Notes under the pieces: generated by a model
Seen by the model: only the letters and a program-made list of their open reading frames with translations
The model's database searches: none
What the model was told of the DNA's origin: nothing
In this document: positions 19,067 through 29,058 of the stretch, piece by piece
Numbering within the stretch: the first letter of the stretch is position 1
Layout: every line of letters starts with the position of its first letter
Made by a program: the position numbers and the translations under genes
Assembly: GCA_044451485.1 (NCBI GenBank)
Contig: JBIOKD010000001.1
Coordinates: 1,836-65,835, forward strand
DNA from: Candidatus Eiseniibacteriota bacterium
GTDB taxonomy: Bacteria > Eisenbacteria > RBG-16-71-46
Length of the DNA: 64,000 nt
Reading direction: 5' to 3'

Positions 19067-20277
19067 GCGCGGAGACGGCCGGGTCGGTCCACACGGCCGC
19101 GCCGGCGCCCGAGGTGCGCGATGCGGCGCGTGACGGGCTCTACGTGCACGTGCCGTTCTGCGCGGTGCGTTGCGCCTACTGCGATTTTGCGACCGGTCCG
19201 CTGTCGGCGGCTCGGGTCGAGCGCTACCTGGTGGCGATCGAGCGCGAGACCGTGGCCCGCTCGCGGGCCGCGTCCGGAACCCGCTTCCGCACCGTGTTCT
19301 TCGGCGGCGGTACGCCATCGGCGCTCTCCAGCCGACACTTCCGCCGTCTGTGGCACACGCTGACGACGCACCTCGAGATCGATCCGGACGCCGAGATCAC
19401 GCTCGAGGCCAATCCCGAGACGGTGCACGAGAGCCTGCTCGAGACCTGGCGCGCGGCCGGGGTGAACCGGCTCTCGATGGGGGCACAGAGCTTCGTGCCG
19501 GGTGAGCTCGAGCGTCTGGGCCGGGTGCACGGGCCGGAGCGCCCGTTCACCGCGGTGACCCGGGCACGCGCCGCCGGATTCGAGCGTCTGTCGGTCGACC
19601 TCATGTTCGGCTTTCCCGGTCACGACGCGGCGGCCTGGCGGCACACGCTGACCCGCACCCTCGAGCTCCAGGTCGAGCACGTTTCGGCCTATTGCTTCAT
19701 CCCCGAGGACGAGACCCCGTTGGGAGGGGCGCTGCTGCGCGGCGAGGCGACGCTGCCCACGCCCGAAGAGCAGGCCGATCGTTACGACGAGCTCACCGAG
19801 ACGCTCGGGGCGGTGGGTTATCGCGGCTACGAGACCTCGAACTTCGCCCGTCCCGGAGGCGAGGCGCGTCACAACCTGGTCTACTGGCTGCGACGCCGCT
19901 GGCTCGGGCTCGGACCCTCGGCGCACGGGTTGTGGAACGGCATGCGTTACGGCAACCATCGCGGGTTCGAACGCTGGGCGGCGGCGATCGAGAGCGACGC
20001 TCCGTGCGACACCCGCGAGCCCGAGAGCGCGGACTCGGTGGCCGACGAGATCGTCATGCTGGCGTTGCGGCTCGGCTCGGGTTTACAAGAGGCGGACCAT
20101 GCTCCGGTGGACTGGCGCCGGGTGCGAAAGCGCTACGGGGAGGCCCTGGAAGCGGCCACCAACGAGGGGCGTCTCGAGCGCTGCGGCACCGGGTGGCGGG
20201 TGCCGCCGCGCTTCCGCTTCGTGGCGGACGACGTCGTCGCCTGGCTGATGGCGCGCGCCGTGCCGCACGCCGGTTGA
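19036..20277 (+). CDS. hemW: radical SAM heme chaperone HemW (coproporphyrinogen III oxidase-like)
   Basis: LYVHVPFCAVRCAYCDF is the CxxxCxxC radical SAM motif, followed by a HemN C-terminal domain. An alternative GTG start at 19114 avoids overlap with lepB. Confidence 0.8.
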   Translation: MGTAVSGDPLSAETAGSVHTAAPAPEVRDAARDGLYVHVPFCAVRCAYCDFATGPLSAARVERYLVAIERETVARSRAASGTRFRTVFFGGGTPSALSSRHFRRLWHTLTTHLEIDPDAEITLEANPETVHESLLETWRAAGVNRLSMGAQSFVPGELERLGRVHGPERPFTAVTRARAAGFERLSVDLMFGFPGHDAAAWRHTLTRTLELQVEHVSAYCFIPEDETPLGGALLRGEATLPTPEEQADRYDELTETLGAVGYRGYETSNFARPGGEARHNLVYWLRRRWLGLGPSAHGLWNGMRYGNHRGFERWAAAIESDAPCDTREPESADSVADEIVMLALRLGSGLQEADHAPVDWRRVRKRYGEALEAATNEGRLERCGTGWRVPPRFRFVADDVVAWLMARAVPHAG

Positions 20278-20302
20278 CACGTTCCTCGCCGCGTCTCTAA
20301 TT
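20274..20302 (+). promoter_or_regulatory. sigma-70-like promoter for hrcA: TTGACA, 16-nt spacer, TCTAAT; near-leaderless
   Basis: TTGACA lies at 20274-20279 and TCTAAT at 20296-20301. The hrcA ATG at 20312 is only about 5-10 nt past the predicted transcription start. Confidence 0.4.
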
Positions 20303-20311
20303 TCAAGGGCC

Positions 20312-21352
20312 ATGTCCCGTCCCCTGGTCCCCGGCAATCCCGATCGGCAGGATCCCGAGTTGTCCACGCGCCAGCGCCAGGTGCTGGACGCCCTGGTGGC
20401 CCTGCACGCCGCCAGCGCCCGGCCGGTCAGCTCCGACGCCCTGACCCACCTGGGTGGGGTCCGCGGCTCGGCCGCCGGGATCCGGCTGGTGCTCGCGGAG
20501 CTCGAGGAGATGGGGATGCTGACCCGCGGTCACACCTCGGCCGGCCGGGTGCCGACCGGCGACGGCTACGCCTGGCACATCCGCAACCAGCTCGAGCCGG
20601 TGGCCCTGCCGGACGAGGTGCTGCGCGAGATGGACGAGCGTCTGCGCCGCTCCGCCCACGACATCGAGCAGCTGCTGCACGAAGCGTCGCGTCTGTTGTC
20701 GGCGCTCACGCTGCAGCTCGGGCTGGCGGTGGCGACCACGCTCGATCACGAGCGTCTGCTGGGGCTCGAGCTGGCGGCGTTCGAGCCGAGGCGCGCGCTG
20801 CTGGTGCTCACCCTCGAGGGCGGCACGGTCCGCACCCTCAAGCTCGAGCTGGCCCACGAGCTGGACCCGTCGGAGCTGGCCGAGGTCGAGCCGGTGTTGC
20901 GGGAGCGGCTGGCCGGGCGCACGCTCGCCGAGGTGCGTGGACGTCTGGCCGCCGATCCCGAGCTGGTGCGCGACAGCGCGGTGCGGCTGGTGGCCCGTGC
21001 CGCGATGGCGAGCTGGGCCGCGCCCGGGTCGAGCGCGCTTTACAGCAGCGGCGCGGCGCGCATCGCCGCCCAGCCGGAGTTCCGCGACGGTCCGCTGCTC
21101 GGATCACTGTTGCAGGTCATCGAGAACGGCCCCCCGTTGGATCGTCTGATGGTGCGCGGCATCGAAGGTCATCCGGCGGTGCGGGTGGCGCTCGACGAGG
21201 CGGACGTCCTCGCCCGCTGCAGTCTGGTGAGTTACCCGCTCGGCGCCGGTTCACGCGTGGCGGTGGGGGTGCTGGGACCGCTGCGCATGGATTACGCGCG
21301 CGCGCTCGCCGTGGTCGAGGCGGTCGGCGCGCGGGTCGCGAGCTACCTCTAG
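20312..21352 (+). CDS. hrcA: heat-inducible transcription repressor HrcA
   Basis: N-terminal winged helix (LSTRQRQVLDALV...) and HrcA C-terminal domain. Sits directly upstream of grpE-dnaJ. Confidence 0.9.
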   Translation: MSRPLVPGNPDRQDPELSTRQRQVLDALVALHAASARPVSSDALTHLGGVRGSAAGIRLVLAELEEMGMLTRGHTSAGRVPTGDGYAWHIRNQLEPVALPDEVLREMDERLRRSAHDIEQLLHEASRLLSALTLQLGLAVATTLDHERLLGLELAAFEPRRALLVLTLEGGTVRTLKLELAHELDPSELAEVEPVLRERLAGRTLAEVRGRLAADPELVRDSAVRLVARAAMASWAAPGSSALYSSGAARIAAQPEFRDGPLLGSLLQVIENGPPLDRLMVRGIEGHPAVRVALDEADVLARCSLVSYPLGAGSRVAVGVLGPLRMDYARALAVVEAVGARVASYL

Positions 21353-21411
21353 GCTCCGTTTGGGAACGTACGGCGAACGCGCGAGGCCCACGCTTCCAAA
21401 CGGATCCTAGG
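21349..21411. promoter_or_regulatory. long imperfect inverted repeat between hrcA and grpE (arms about 17 nt, loop about 27 nt); this is not CIRCE
   Basis: Left arm is CTAGGCTCCGTTTGGGAA at 21349-21366. Right arm is TTCCAAACGGATCCTAG(G) at 21393-21411, complementary apart from one mismatch and one bulge. The hrcA stop codon TAG lies inside the left arm. Confidence 0.6.
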
Positions 21412-21492
21412 CGCCCACCACGCGTTCATCGTACGTTTTCCGACGCGGCTTGGCCGTCCCGCGGCCGGTCCGCGCTTCCCCGAGGAGCTTCC

Positions 21493-22077
21493 GTGTTCGT
21501 GCATCCCGATAACGGCCCCGTGACCGGGGCCAACGAGTCGTCCCGGGAGCGAGTCGCCGACCCGGTCCCGGCCGAACCCCTGCCACCGGCCGGTGGCGGA
21601 CCCGACCAGGGCACCCCGGAGCCGGCGCGCGCCGAGCCCGAGCCCGATTACAAGGATCGCTGGCTGCGCGCCGAGGCCGAGCTCCAGAATTACCGCAAGC
21701 GGGTCCAGCGCGATCTCGAGCAGCGCCGCCGCGACGCCGAGGAGAGCGTGATCCTCGAGATGCTGTCGGTGCTCGACGATCTCGAGCGCGCGCTCGAGGC
21801 CGCGACCACCGGCGGGGTGGCGGAGGGCTGGACCCAGGGCGTGGCGCTCACCGCGCAACGCATGCGCGACGTGTTGACGCGCTTCGGCGTCGAGGCGGTG
21901 GACCCCACCGGCCGGGCGTTCGACCCGGCGCTCCACGAGGCGGTGCTCGAATCACCGGCTCCCGAAGGGGTGACACCGGGCACCGTGCTGCAGGTGGCGC
22001 ACAAGGGCTACCGCCGCGGCGAGCGCGCGTTGCGCCCGGCCCGCGTCGTGGTGGCCCGCGCGGACGAGAAGCGCTGA
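21493..22077 (+). CDS. grpE: nucleotide exchange factor GrpE
   Basis: ...[22 protein letters not shown]... coiled coil, C-terminal beta domain. GTG start with a GAGGAG RBS. Confidence 0.9.
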   Translation: MFVHPDNGPVTGANESSRERVADPVPAEPLPPAGGGPDQGTPEPARAEPEPDYKDRWLRAEAELQNYRKRVQRDLEQRRRDAEESVILEMLSVLDDLERALEAATTGGVAEGWTQGVALTAQRMRDVLTRFGVEAVDPTGRAFDPALHEAVLESPAPEGVTPGTVLQVAHKGYRRGERALRPARVVVARADEKR

Positions 22078-23222
22078 TGCCACGCGACTTCTACGAGGTG
22101 CTGGGGGTACCACGCGGTGCGGCGGAAGACGAGGTCAAGAAGGCCTACCGCAAGATCGCCTTCGAATCGCACCCCGATCGCAATCCCGGAGACGCGAAGG
22201 CCGAGGCGCGCTTCAAGGAGGCGACCGAGGCGTACGAGGTGCTGCGCGATCCGGACAAGCGGGCGCGTTACGACCAGTTCGGTCACGCGGGCGTGGGGGG
22301 CGCCGCGGGCGGAGTGCCGGGCGGTGGGTTCAGCGGATTCGACCTCGCCGACGCGCTTCGCGCCTTCATGCGCGACTTCGGCGACGTGGGTGGATTCGAG
22401 GACCTGTTTGGCGGCACGGGCGGCGACGGTGGCCGCAGCCCGCGGCGCGGCGACGACCTGCAGGTGCGGCTGAAGCTCACCCTCGAGGAGATCGCGACCG
22501 GGGTCGAGAAGAAGATCCGGGTCAAGCATCTGCGGCGCTGCGACACCTGCTCGGGCAAGGGCGGGTCGGGTGAGACGCGCTGTCCCGAATGCCAGGGTCG
22601 TGGCCAGGTCCGTCGGGTGCAGCAGTCGTTCTTCGGCCAGTTCGTGAGTGTCGGACCGTGCCCGCGCTGTGGCGGCGAGGGGGTCACGCTGCGCGAAACC
22701 TGTTCCCGCTGTGGCGGCGAGGGCCGCGTGCAGGACACCGAGACCTTGTCGGTCAAGGTTCCGGCCGGAGTCGCGAACGGGAATTACATCCCGCTCCGCG
22801 GCATGGGCGACGTGGGCCGGCGCGGCGGCCCGGCCGGAGACCTGATCGTGCTCATCGAGGAGAAGCCCCACGACGTCTTCGAGCGCGACGATTCGGACCT
22901 GCGGCTGGACCTGCCGGTGAGCTTCGTGACCCTGGCGCTCGGTGGACGGGTCGAGGTGCCCACCCTGGCCGGCACGCCGGCGACACTCGACGTCCCGGCC
23001 GGCACCCCGGCGGATCGTGTGCTGCGTGTGCGTGGCAAGGGTCTGCCATCGCTGCGCGGCGGTCATGGCGATCTGCTGGCGCGGCTCCGGGTGGTGGTGC
23101 CGGGCAAGCTCACGGCGAGCGACCGCCGGCTGCTCGAAGAGCTGGGACGAAGCGAGAGTCTGAAGGCACCCAAGCCGTCGAAGACGCTGTTCGGCCGCGT
23201 GAAGGATGCGTTCGCTGGCTGA
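22077..23222 (+). CDS. dnaJ: molecular chaperone DnaJ
   Basis: J-domain (DFYEVLGV...HPDRN), G/F-rich region, four CxxCxGxG zinc-finger repeats. Confidence 0.95.
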   Translation: MPRDFYEVLGVPRGAAEDEVKKAYRKIAFESHPDRNPGDAKAEARFKEATEAYEVLRDPDKRARYDQFGHAGVGGAAGGVPGGGFSGFDLADALRAFMRDFGDVGGFEDLFGGTGGDGGRSPRRGDDLQVRLKLTLEEIATGVEKKIRVKHLRRCDTCSGKGGSGETRCPECQGRGQVRRVQQSFFGQFVSVGPCPRCGGEGVTLRETCSRCGGEGRVQDTETLSVKVPAGVANGNYIPLRGMGDVGRRGGPAGDLIVLIEEKPHDVFERDDSDLRLDLPVSFVTLALGGRVEVPTLAGTPATLDVPAGTPADRVLRVRGKGLPSLRGGHGDLLARLRVVVPGKLTASDRRLLEELGRSESLKAPKPSKTLFGRVKDAFAG

Positions 23223-23949
23223 GGCCGCTCCCGGCTGGGTGTGGGCGCCCGAGTTGGCGGCGCCCGGCGCGACGCTGACGCTCGGCGCCGACGCCACGCA
23301 TCACCTGGTTCGCGTCTGTCGCGCCCGTGTCGGTGCCGCGGTGACGCTGACCGACGGTCGGGGCGGGGTGGCGCACGCCGAACTGGTCGCGACCGGTCGC
23401 GAGGCCGTCGCTCGTGTCCGCGAGCGGGCCGACGTCGCGTCGTCACCGGCGCGTGTCCTGGTGGTCGGCGCCCCGGAGGGCGAGCGGGTGGACTGGCTGG
23501 TCGAGAAGGCGGCCGAGCTGGGGGTGACGGCGCTGTGGCTCACCGACATGGCGAGGGCTCGATGGCGCCGGGCCGGCGCTCGTCTCGAGCGTTGGGAGCG
23601 GCTGGCGCGCGCGGCCCTTGGCCAGACCCGCCGCGCCTGGCTCACCGAGGTGTCGATCGGCGGCAGCCTGGACGAGGTGGTCGCGAGGCTGCCGGCCGGC
23701 TCGCAGACGTGGCTGGCCGATCCGGCGGGGGGCCCGGCGGTGGCGAGCGGTCTGGCAACCGCCCGGAGCCAGGCGGCGGTGATCGGTCCGGCGTCGGGTC
23801 TCGAGAGCGCCGAGCGGGATCGACTCCTCGGTCTCGGCTTTCGACCTATCTGTCTGTCGAGCAGCCGGTTGCGTGCCGAGACCGCGGCCATGGCGGTGGC
23901 CGCGTGGTGGGCCGCCTCGGACACACCCAGACCATCGCGACACTCCTAA
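23206..23949 (+). CDS. rsmE: 16S rRNA (uracil1498-N3)-methyltransferase RsmE
   Basis: Conserved position downstream of dnaJ; the C-terminal SPOUT fold contains GPEGGLSxxE-like [13 protein letters not shown]. Start is uncertain. Confidence 0.7.
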   Translation: MRSLAEAAPGWVWAPELAAPGATLTLGADATHHLVRVCRARVGAAVTLTDGRGGVAHAELVATGREAVARVRERADVASSPARVLVVGAPEGERVDWLVEKAAELGVTALWLTDMARARWRRAGARLERWERLARAALGQTRRAWLTEVSIGGSLDEVVARLPAGSQTWLADPAGGPAVASGLATARSQAAVIGPASGLESAERDRLLGLGFRPICLSSSRLRAETAAMAVAAWWAASDTPRPSRHS

Positions 23950-23962
23950 ACGGCCGGCTCAC

Positions 23963-23991
23963 TTGACGCTATCGACGTGCGGCCATAAACT
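23963..23991 (+). promoter_or_regulatory. candidate promoter for rpsU: TTGACG, 17-nt spacer, TAAACT
   Basis: Hexamers read by eye about 115 nt upstream of rpsU. Confidence 0.3.
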
Positions 23992-24105
23992 TCCGTTGCC
24001 GCAGTCTGCCTACCGATCCCCGCGGTGACTTCTCGCGACAGCGGCGGACAGAACGATCGGATCGACATCCCTTGCTGACCCTACTCCGGAGGGGGTGGAA
24101 CAGTA

Positions 24106-24300
24106 TTGCCTGGTATCAGGGTGAAGGAAGGCGAGTCCTTCGAGAGCGCCCTGCGTCGTTTCAAGAAGAAGTGTGAGAAGGCCGGTATCCTGTCGGATCT
24201 GCGTCGTCACCAGCACTTCGAGAAGCCGAGTGAACGGCGCAAGCGCAAGATGAACGCGGCGAAACGCAAGAACATGGCGCGTCGCCAGCAGGAGATCTAG
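24106..24300 (+). CDS. rpsU: 30S ribosomal protein S21
   Basis: [29 protein letters not shown] matches the S21 signature. TTG start with a GGAGGGGGTGG RBS. Confidence 0.9.
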   Translation: MPGIRVKEGESFESALRRFKKKCEKAGILSDLRRHQHFEKPSERRKRKMNAAKRKNMARRQQEI

Positions 24301-24380
24301 CGGACCTGCAGATCGTTTCGGGCTTCACCTGGATCGACTGGACGCTGGTCGTCATCGTCCTCCTGTTTGCCGTCCGTGGC

Positions 24381-24893
24381 GTGCTGCGTGGCGCGGTCTC
24401 GCAGCTCGCCTTTCTCATCGGGATGGTGGTCGGGCTATGGGCGGCCGGCTGGGTCTCACAGTGGGTCGGAGAGCACTGGCTGGGTGCCCGACCCGCTGTG
24501 GTGTTTTGGGTCTTGCGCTGGCTGGTGGCGCTGCTTGCGGGGCTTTCGGCGCTGGCGCTCGCCCAGTGGTCGGGCGAGCGTGTGGGCCAATGGCTGCGCG
24601 ACGGTCCGTTCGGGTGGCTCGATCGTCTCCTCGGGGTGGCCGCCGGCGCCGCGCTGGGGGTGGTCCTCGCGACCTTGCTGGTGCTCGCCTCGGTGCGTCT
24701 GGTGCCGGGCGGCCATCTGGCCGCGTCACTGGCCGCGTCGCGCTGCTCGCTCGTGTTGATCGAGCGTGGCGAGCAGGTTTGCGGGGCGGCGGCGCGGCAG
24801 CTCCCGGCGAGCGGCTGGCTGCGTCACGAGTTCGGGCTCGCCGAACGCCGCATGCACGGGATCCGCTCCAGCGGACCCACCTCTCGTTCCTAG
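24381..24893 (+). CDS. cvpA: CvpA family membrane protein (colicin V production protein); true N-terminus probably lies upstream of the first canonical start
   Basis: CvpA-like TM helices. The in-frame region 24306-24380 encodes ...DLQIVSGFTWIDWTLVVIVLLFAVRG, which matches the conserved CvpA N-terminus. No ATG/GTG/TTG occurs in-frame before 24381. Confidence 0.7.
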   Translation: MLRGAVSQLAFLIGMVVGLWAAGWVSQWVGEHWLGARPAVVFWVLRWLVALLAGLSALALAQWSGERVGQWLRDGPFGWLDRLLGVAAGAALGVVLATLLVLASVRLVPGGHLAASLAASRCSLVLIERGEQVCGAAARQLPASGWLRHEFGLAERRMHGIRSSGPTSRS

Positions 24894-24958
24894 TCTCCGC
24901 GCCCGGCGCGGAGACGACACGAGGCCGGGTCACCGGCCGACGAAGGCTCCGAGACATC

Positions 24959-27316
24959 GTGGATCAGCGCACCCTCAGACTCCTCGAGTTCGACCGGGTC
25001 GCGACGGCGATCGCGGCGCACGCCGAGAGCGCCACCGCGGCGGAGCGTCTGCGTGTCTGGGCCCCGCTCGCCGATGCCGCCGAGCGGAGCCGCGAGAACG
25101 AGCGTCTGGCGGCGGCGATCGCGCGTGTGACCGAGCCCGGGGAGTGGTGTTTCGTGGCGCCCGGCTCGCTCGCCGGGCCCCTGTCGGGCGGCGAGCGCGC
25201 GGTGCTCGACGGACCGGCGCTGGTGGCGGTGGGTCTCTGGCTCGAAGCCGCCGAGCGCACGGTCGACGCGTGGCGCGACGACGAGCAGCGGGTACGGTTC
25301 GCGCCGCTCGTGGAGGTGGTCGACGCCCTCGCGCCCCCGCCTAGTCTCGCGGCGCGTCTGGCGGCCTCGCTGGAGCCCGACGGACGGGTGCGTGACGGTG
25401 CTTCGCCGACTCTGGCGCGCTTGCGTCGTGAGCTGGGTGCCGCGGAGCGTCGTCTCGAGCAACGTCTCGAGGTCTGGGCGCGCGGGTTTGGCCCCGACAG
25501 CTACGTGACCCGTCATGGCGACCGGTTCGTGGCGCTGGTCCCGGCTGCCGGCTTCCCACGCCGTCGCGCGATCGTGCACGACGTCTCGGGCAGCGGCGCG
25601 TCCCTGTTCGTCGAGCCCTTCGAGATGTGTGAGGACAACAACCGGTTGATGGAGATGCGTGGCGCGGCGGCCGACGAGGAGCGCCGGGTGCTGCAGGAGC
25701 TGCGTGGGGTGGTGCTGGCGTCGCGGGACGCGTTGCTCATGACCGAGGACGCCCTGGTGCGGCTGGACGCGCTGCGCGCGCGCGCGCGTTGGGCGCGTCG
25801 GGTCGGGGCCCGGGCGATCGCACCGGGCGGCGACCGACTCACACTCGAACACGCGCGTCACCCGCTGCTCGCCGAGCGGGCCGCGGTGGATCCGTCGTTC
25901 GAGGTGGTGCCCCTCACGCTGGTGCTCGGGGGCGCGGGTGGCGCCCGGGTGCTGCTCGTGAGCGGTCCCAACATGGGTGGCAAGACGGTGCTGCTCAAGA
26001 CCGTGGGTCTGGCGGCGCTCGCCGCCCACTCCGGCTTCCCGGTGGTGGCGGGTGAGGGCAGCGCCCTGCCCGAGCTGGAGCAGGTGCACGTGGATCTCGG
26101 CGACGAGCAGTCGCTCGACCAGGGGCTGTCCACCTTCGCCGCCCATCTCGAGGTGCTGGCGCGGATGGCGGCCGCGGCCGGTCCACGCACGCTGTTGCTG
26201 TGTGACGAGCTCGGAGCCGGCACCGACCCCGACGAAGGTGGCGCTCTGGCGCGGGCGCTGCTCGAGCACGTCACTGCCCGGGGCGCATGGGCGGTGACCA
26301 CCACCCATCTCGGCAGTCTGAAACGGGTGGCGGGTGAAGTCGGTGGGATCGCCAACGGCTCGCTCGAGTTCGATCCCGACACGCTCCAGTCGCGGTACCG
26401 CTTCGTGATGGGAGTGCCGGGGGCGAGTCACGCGCTCTCGGTGGCCGAGCGGCTCGGCTTCCCGGCGGAGCTGCTGGCTCGCGCGCGTCATCTGACTCCG
26501 GAGTCGGCGCGCACCCTCGAGCGGCTCACCACCGAGCTGGCGGAGGCCACCCGAACCGCGCGCGAGAACGCCGAGGCGCTGGAGCGTGCCCGGGCCGAGG
26601 CCGACGCCGCGGCGACCGAGCACCGCGCGGCCACCGAGCACGCGCGTCGCGAGCTGGCCGAGCGACGCCGTGCGCTCACCCGCGAGACCGACGCATTGCT
26701 GGCGCGTGCCCGTGAGCTGTGGCAGACGGTGCAGCGCGAAGCGCGCCGGTCGGAGAAGACCCGGGTGGACGCCGAGCAGCTGCGTGTCTCGATCCGCAAG
26801 CTCGAGTCCGACGCCGAGCGTGTCGCCGGCGCACACGAGCCGGGGGAGGAGCCGGTGACGCTGCCACGCGAGGCGGTGGTTCCGGGACGCCGGGTCCGGG
26901 TGGCGGACCTGGGTGTCGAGGCGGTGGTGGTCGCGGGTCCGGATCCCGAGGGCCGGGTCCAGCTCCGACGCGGCAGCTGGAACATCCAAAGCCACGTGAG
27001 CAAGCTGGCCGAGGCCGCCCCGGGCGAGCGGGTGCAGGCGGTCGCCGGCACCTGGACCGCGTCCGAAGAGGCCCCCGCGGCCGAGGTCGACCTGCGTGGC
27101 ATGGACGCCGATGAGGCGCTACGAACGCTGGACGAGGGGCTCGATCGCGCGGTCGTGGCGGGACTCGGCGAGCTGCGGGTGATCCACGGGATCGGACGCG
27201 GGGTATTGCGCGCGGCGGTGGATCGTCATCTGCGGGCGCACCCGCAGGTGGCCGGCCGGGCGGTGGCCGATCAGAACCAGGGAGGCCGTGGGGTGACCGT
27301 GGTGCGTCTGCGATGA
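24959..27316 (+). CDS. mutS2: endonuclease MutS2 (MutS domains plus C-terminal Smr)
   Basis: Walker A GPNMGGKTVLLKTVG; a C-terminal Smr domain (...DLRGMDADEA...LRVIHGIGRGVLR...). A GTG start at 24959 (M-DQRTLRLLEF) is preferred over the ORF start at 24437, which overlaps cvpA. Confidence 0.9.
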   Translation: MDQRTLRLLEFDRVATAIAAHAESATAAERLRVWAPLADAAERSRENERLAAAIARVTEPGEWCFVAPGSLAGPLSGGERAVLDGPALVAVGLWLEAAERTVDAWRDDEQRVRFAPLVEVVDALAPPPSLAARLAASLEPDGRVRDGASPTLARLRRELGAAERRLEQRLEVWARGFGPDSYVTRHGDRFVALVPAAGFPRRRAIVHDVSGSGASLFVEPFEMCEDNNRLMEMRGAAADEERRVLQELRGVVLASRDALLMTEDALVRLDALRARARWARRVGARAIAPGGDRLTLEHARHPLLAERAAVDPSFEVVPLTLVLGGAGGARVLLVSGPNMGGKTVLLKTVGLAALAAHSGFPVVAGEGSALPELEQVHVDLGDEQSLDQGLSTFAAHLEVLARMAAAAGPRTLLLCDELGAGTDPDEGGALARALLEHVTARGAWAVTTTHLGSLKRVAGEVGGIANGSLEFDPDTLQSRYRFVMGVPGASHALSVAERLGFPAELLARARHLTPESARTLERLTTELAEATRTARENAEALERARAEADAAATEHRAATEHARRELAERRRALTRETDALLARARELWQTVQREARRSEKTRVDAEQLRVSIRKLESDAERVAGAHEPGEEPVTLPREAVVPGRRVRVADLGVEAVVVAGPDPEGRVQLRRGSWNIQSHVSKLAEAAPGERVQAVAGTWTASEEAPAAEVDLRGMDADEALRTLDEGLDRAVVAGLGELRVIHGIGRGVLRAAVDRHLRAHPQVAGRAVADQNQGGRGVTVVRLR

Positions 27317-29040
27317 GCCGGAAGAGCGGTGGCGACGACTGGGTGGAGCGCGTCCGCGCGGCGAGCGACATCGTCGAGGTGATCGGCGAGAGCGTGGCCC
27401 TGCGCCGGGCCGGACGCAATTGGACCGGACTGTGTCCGTTCCACAAGGAGAAGACCCCGTCGTTCAGCGTCAACGCCGAGCGTCAGTTCTTCCACTGCTT
27501 CGGCTGCAAGGTTGGTGGTGACGTGTTCAAGTTCGTGGAGGAGAGCGAGAAGGTGGGTTTCGTGGAGGCGGTGGAGCTGCTCAGCCGGCGGGCCGGCATC
27601 CCGATCCCGGAGCGGGGCATGGGGGAGCGCGGGCAGCGTGGCGCGCTGCTCGACGCGCTCGAGCGCGCCGCGGCGGCGTACGAGCAGTGGCTGGCCGACC
27701 CGGTGACCGGCGCGACGGCACGCGCCGTCCTCGAGCGCCGCGGCGTGGATCGCGACACCCGTCTCCGCTTCCGGCTCGGGGTCGCGCCATCGGGATGGGA
27801 GAACCTGGTCGAGCGTCTGCGCTCGCGGGTCCCCGAGGATGTGCTGCTGACCGCGGGGCTCGTGCGTCGCCGCGACAACGGACGTGGCGTGTACGACACC
27901 TTCCGGGACCGGCTCATGGTGCCGCTCATCGCCAACGGCGGCGCGGTGGTGGGTTTCGGCGCGCGCGCGCTCGGCGACGAGCCACCCAAGTACCTCAACT
28001 CGCCCGAGACCCCCGTGTACCACAAGGGGGCGTTCCTGTTCGCGCTCGACATCGCCCGCAGGCACGCCGGTGGCGACACCGAGCTCGTGCTGGTCGAAGG
28101 CTACTTCGACGCGATCACGTTGCACCGGGCCGGTCTGCCGAACACGGTGGCGACCTCAGGCACCGCGCTGACACCCGAGCAGGCGCGTCTCCTCCGCCGC
28201 GTGACCGAGCGCGTCGCGCTGGTGTACGACGGCGACGACGCCGGTCGCGAGGCGACGCTGCGCTCGCTCCCGGTGCTGCTCGCCGAGGGGCTCGAGGTGG
28301 CGGTGGTGGATCTGCCCGACGGCGACGATCCCGATACGCTGGTGCGCCGCGGCGGTCTCGAGGCATGGCGCGAGCGCCGCGACACCGCGCTCGATCCGGC
28401 GGCGTTCGTGCGCGAGCACGCTCGCCGCACCGCTGGCGTCGCGGATCCGCGTGAGCGCGGTCTGCAACACCTGGTGCGCATCGCCGCGGCGATCCCCGAT
28501 CCGATCCGGGCGCGTCTGCTGGTCGAGCGCGCCGCGGTCGTGTTCGGGGTCCCGGTCTCGGTGGTGTCGCGTGCGGTCGAGCGCCGTTCGACCGGCGCCC
28601 CGGCGCGACCGGTGACGGCACCGGTGGCACGCACCGGCGCCCACGACCCGGGACGGGCGGTGGAGCGCACCCTGCTGGCGGCGCAGATCATGGCGCCCGG
28701 CACACGGGACATGACGCGTGAGCGGGTGTCCCCCGAGGACTTCATCGACCCGCTCTACCGGCGTCTGGCTGCGTGGCTGTGGGAGAGCGACGAGGAGTGG
28801 CCGGACGATCCCGAGCTCGCGGCGCTGACCCGCGAGCTGGGGGCCTCCGGTGGCGAGCAGACCGATTGGGCGGCGGAAGCCGAGGGCGCCATCCGGCAAT
28901 TGCTGGTGCGGCGCCTGCGTCGCGACCTGCAGGACCGGCGCAACCGGCTGAGTCACGCCCGTGACGACGACGAGACGCATCGCATTCAGACGGAGATCAT
29001 GGAACTCTCGCGCTCGCTGCACGAGCTGAGTGTTCGTTAG
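27313..29040 (+). CDS. dnaG: DNA primase
   Basis: Zinc-binding domain CPFHKEKTPSFSV...FHCFGCKVGGDVFKF; TOPRIM domain. Confidence 0.95.
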   Translation: MSRKSGGDDWVERVRAASDIVEVIGESVALRRAGRNWTGLCPFHKEKTPSFSVNAERQFFHCFGCKVGGDVFKFVEESEKVGFVEAVELLSRRAGIPIPERGMGERGQRGALLDALERAAAAYEQWLADPVTGATARAVLERRGVDRDTRLRFRLGVAPSGWENLVERLRSRVPEDVLLTAGLVRRRDNGRGVYDTFRDRLMVPLIANGGAVVGFGARALGDEPPKYLNSPETPVYHKGAFLFALDIARRHAGGDTELVLVEGYFDAITLHRAGLPNTVATSGTALTPEQARLLRRVTERVALVYDGDDAGREATLRSLPVLLAEGLEVAVVDLPDGDDPDTLVRRGGLEAWRERRDTALDPAAFVREHARRTAGVADPRERGLQHLVRIAAAIPDPIRARLLVERAAVVFGVPVSVVSRAVERRSTGAPARPVTAPVARTGAHDPGRAVERTLLAAQIMAPGTRDMTRERVSPEDFIDPLYRRLAAWLWESDEEWPDDPELAALTRELGASGGEQTDWAAEAEGAIRQLLVRRLRRDLQDRRNRLSHARDDDETHRIQTEIMELSRSLHELSVR

Positions 29041-29058
29041 ACAGGGGGAGATGAGCCG

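Noticed and set aside
20277-21493. CIRCE element expected near hrcA and grpE.
   Set aside because: A scan for TTAGCACTC / GAGTGCTAA and near variants found none in the window. A different inverted repeat is present and is reported as a finding.
24437-24958. N-terminal 174-aa extension of the mutS2 ORF.
   Set aside because: It overlaps cvpA in another frame and is Arg/Ala-rich low-complexity sequence. The MutS2 homology, with its conserved ...RTLRLLEF start, begins at GTG 24959.
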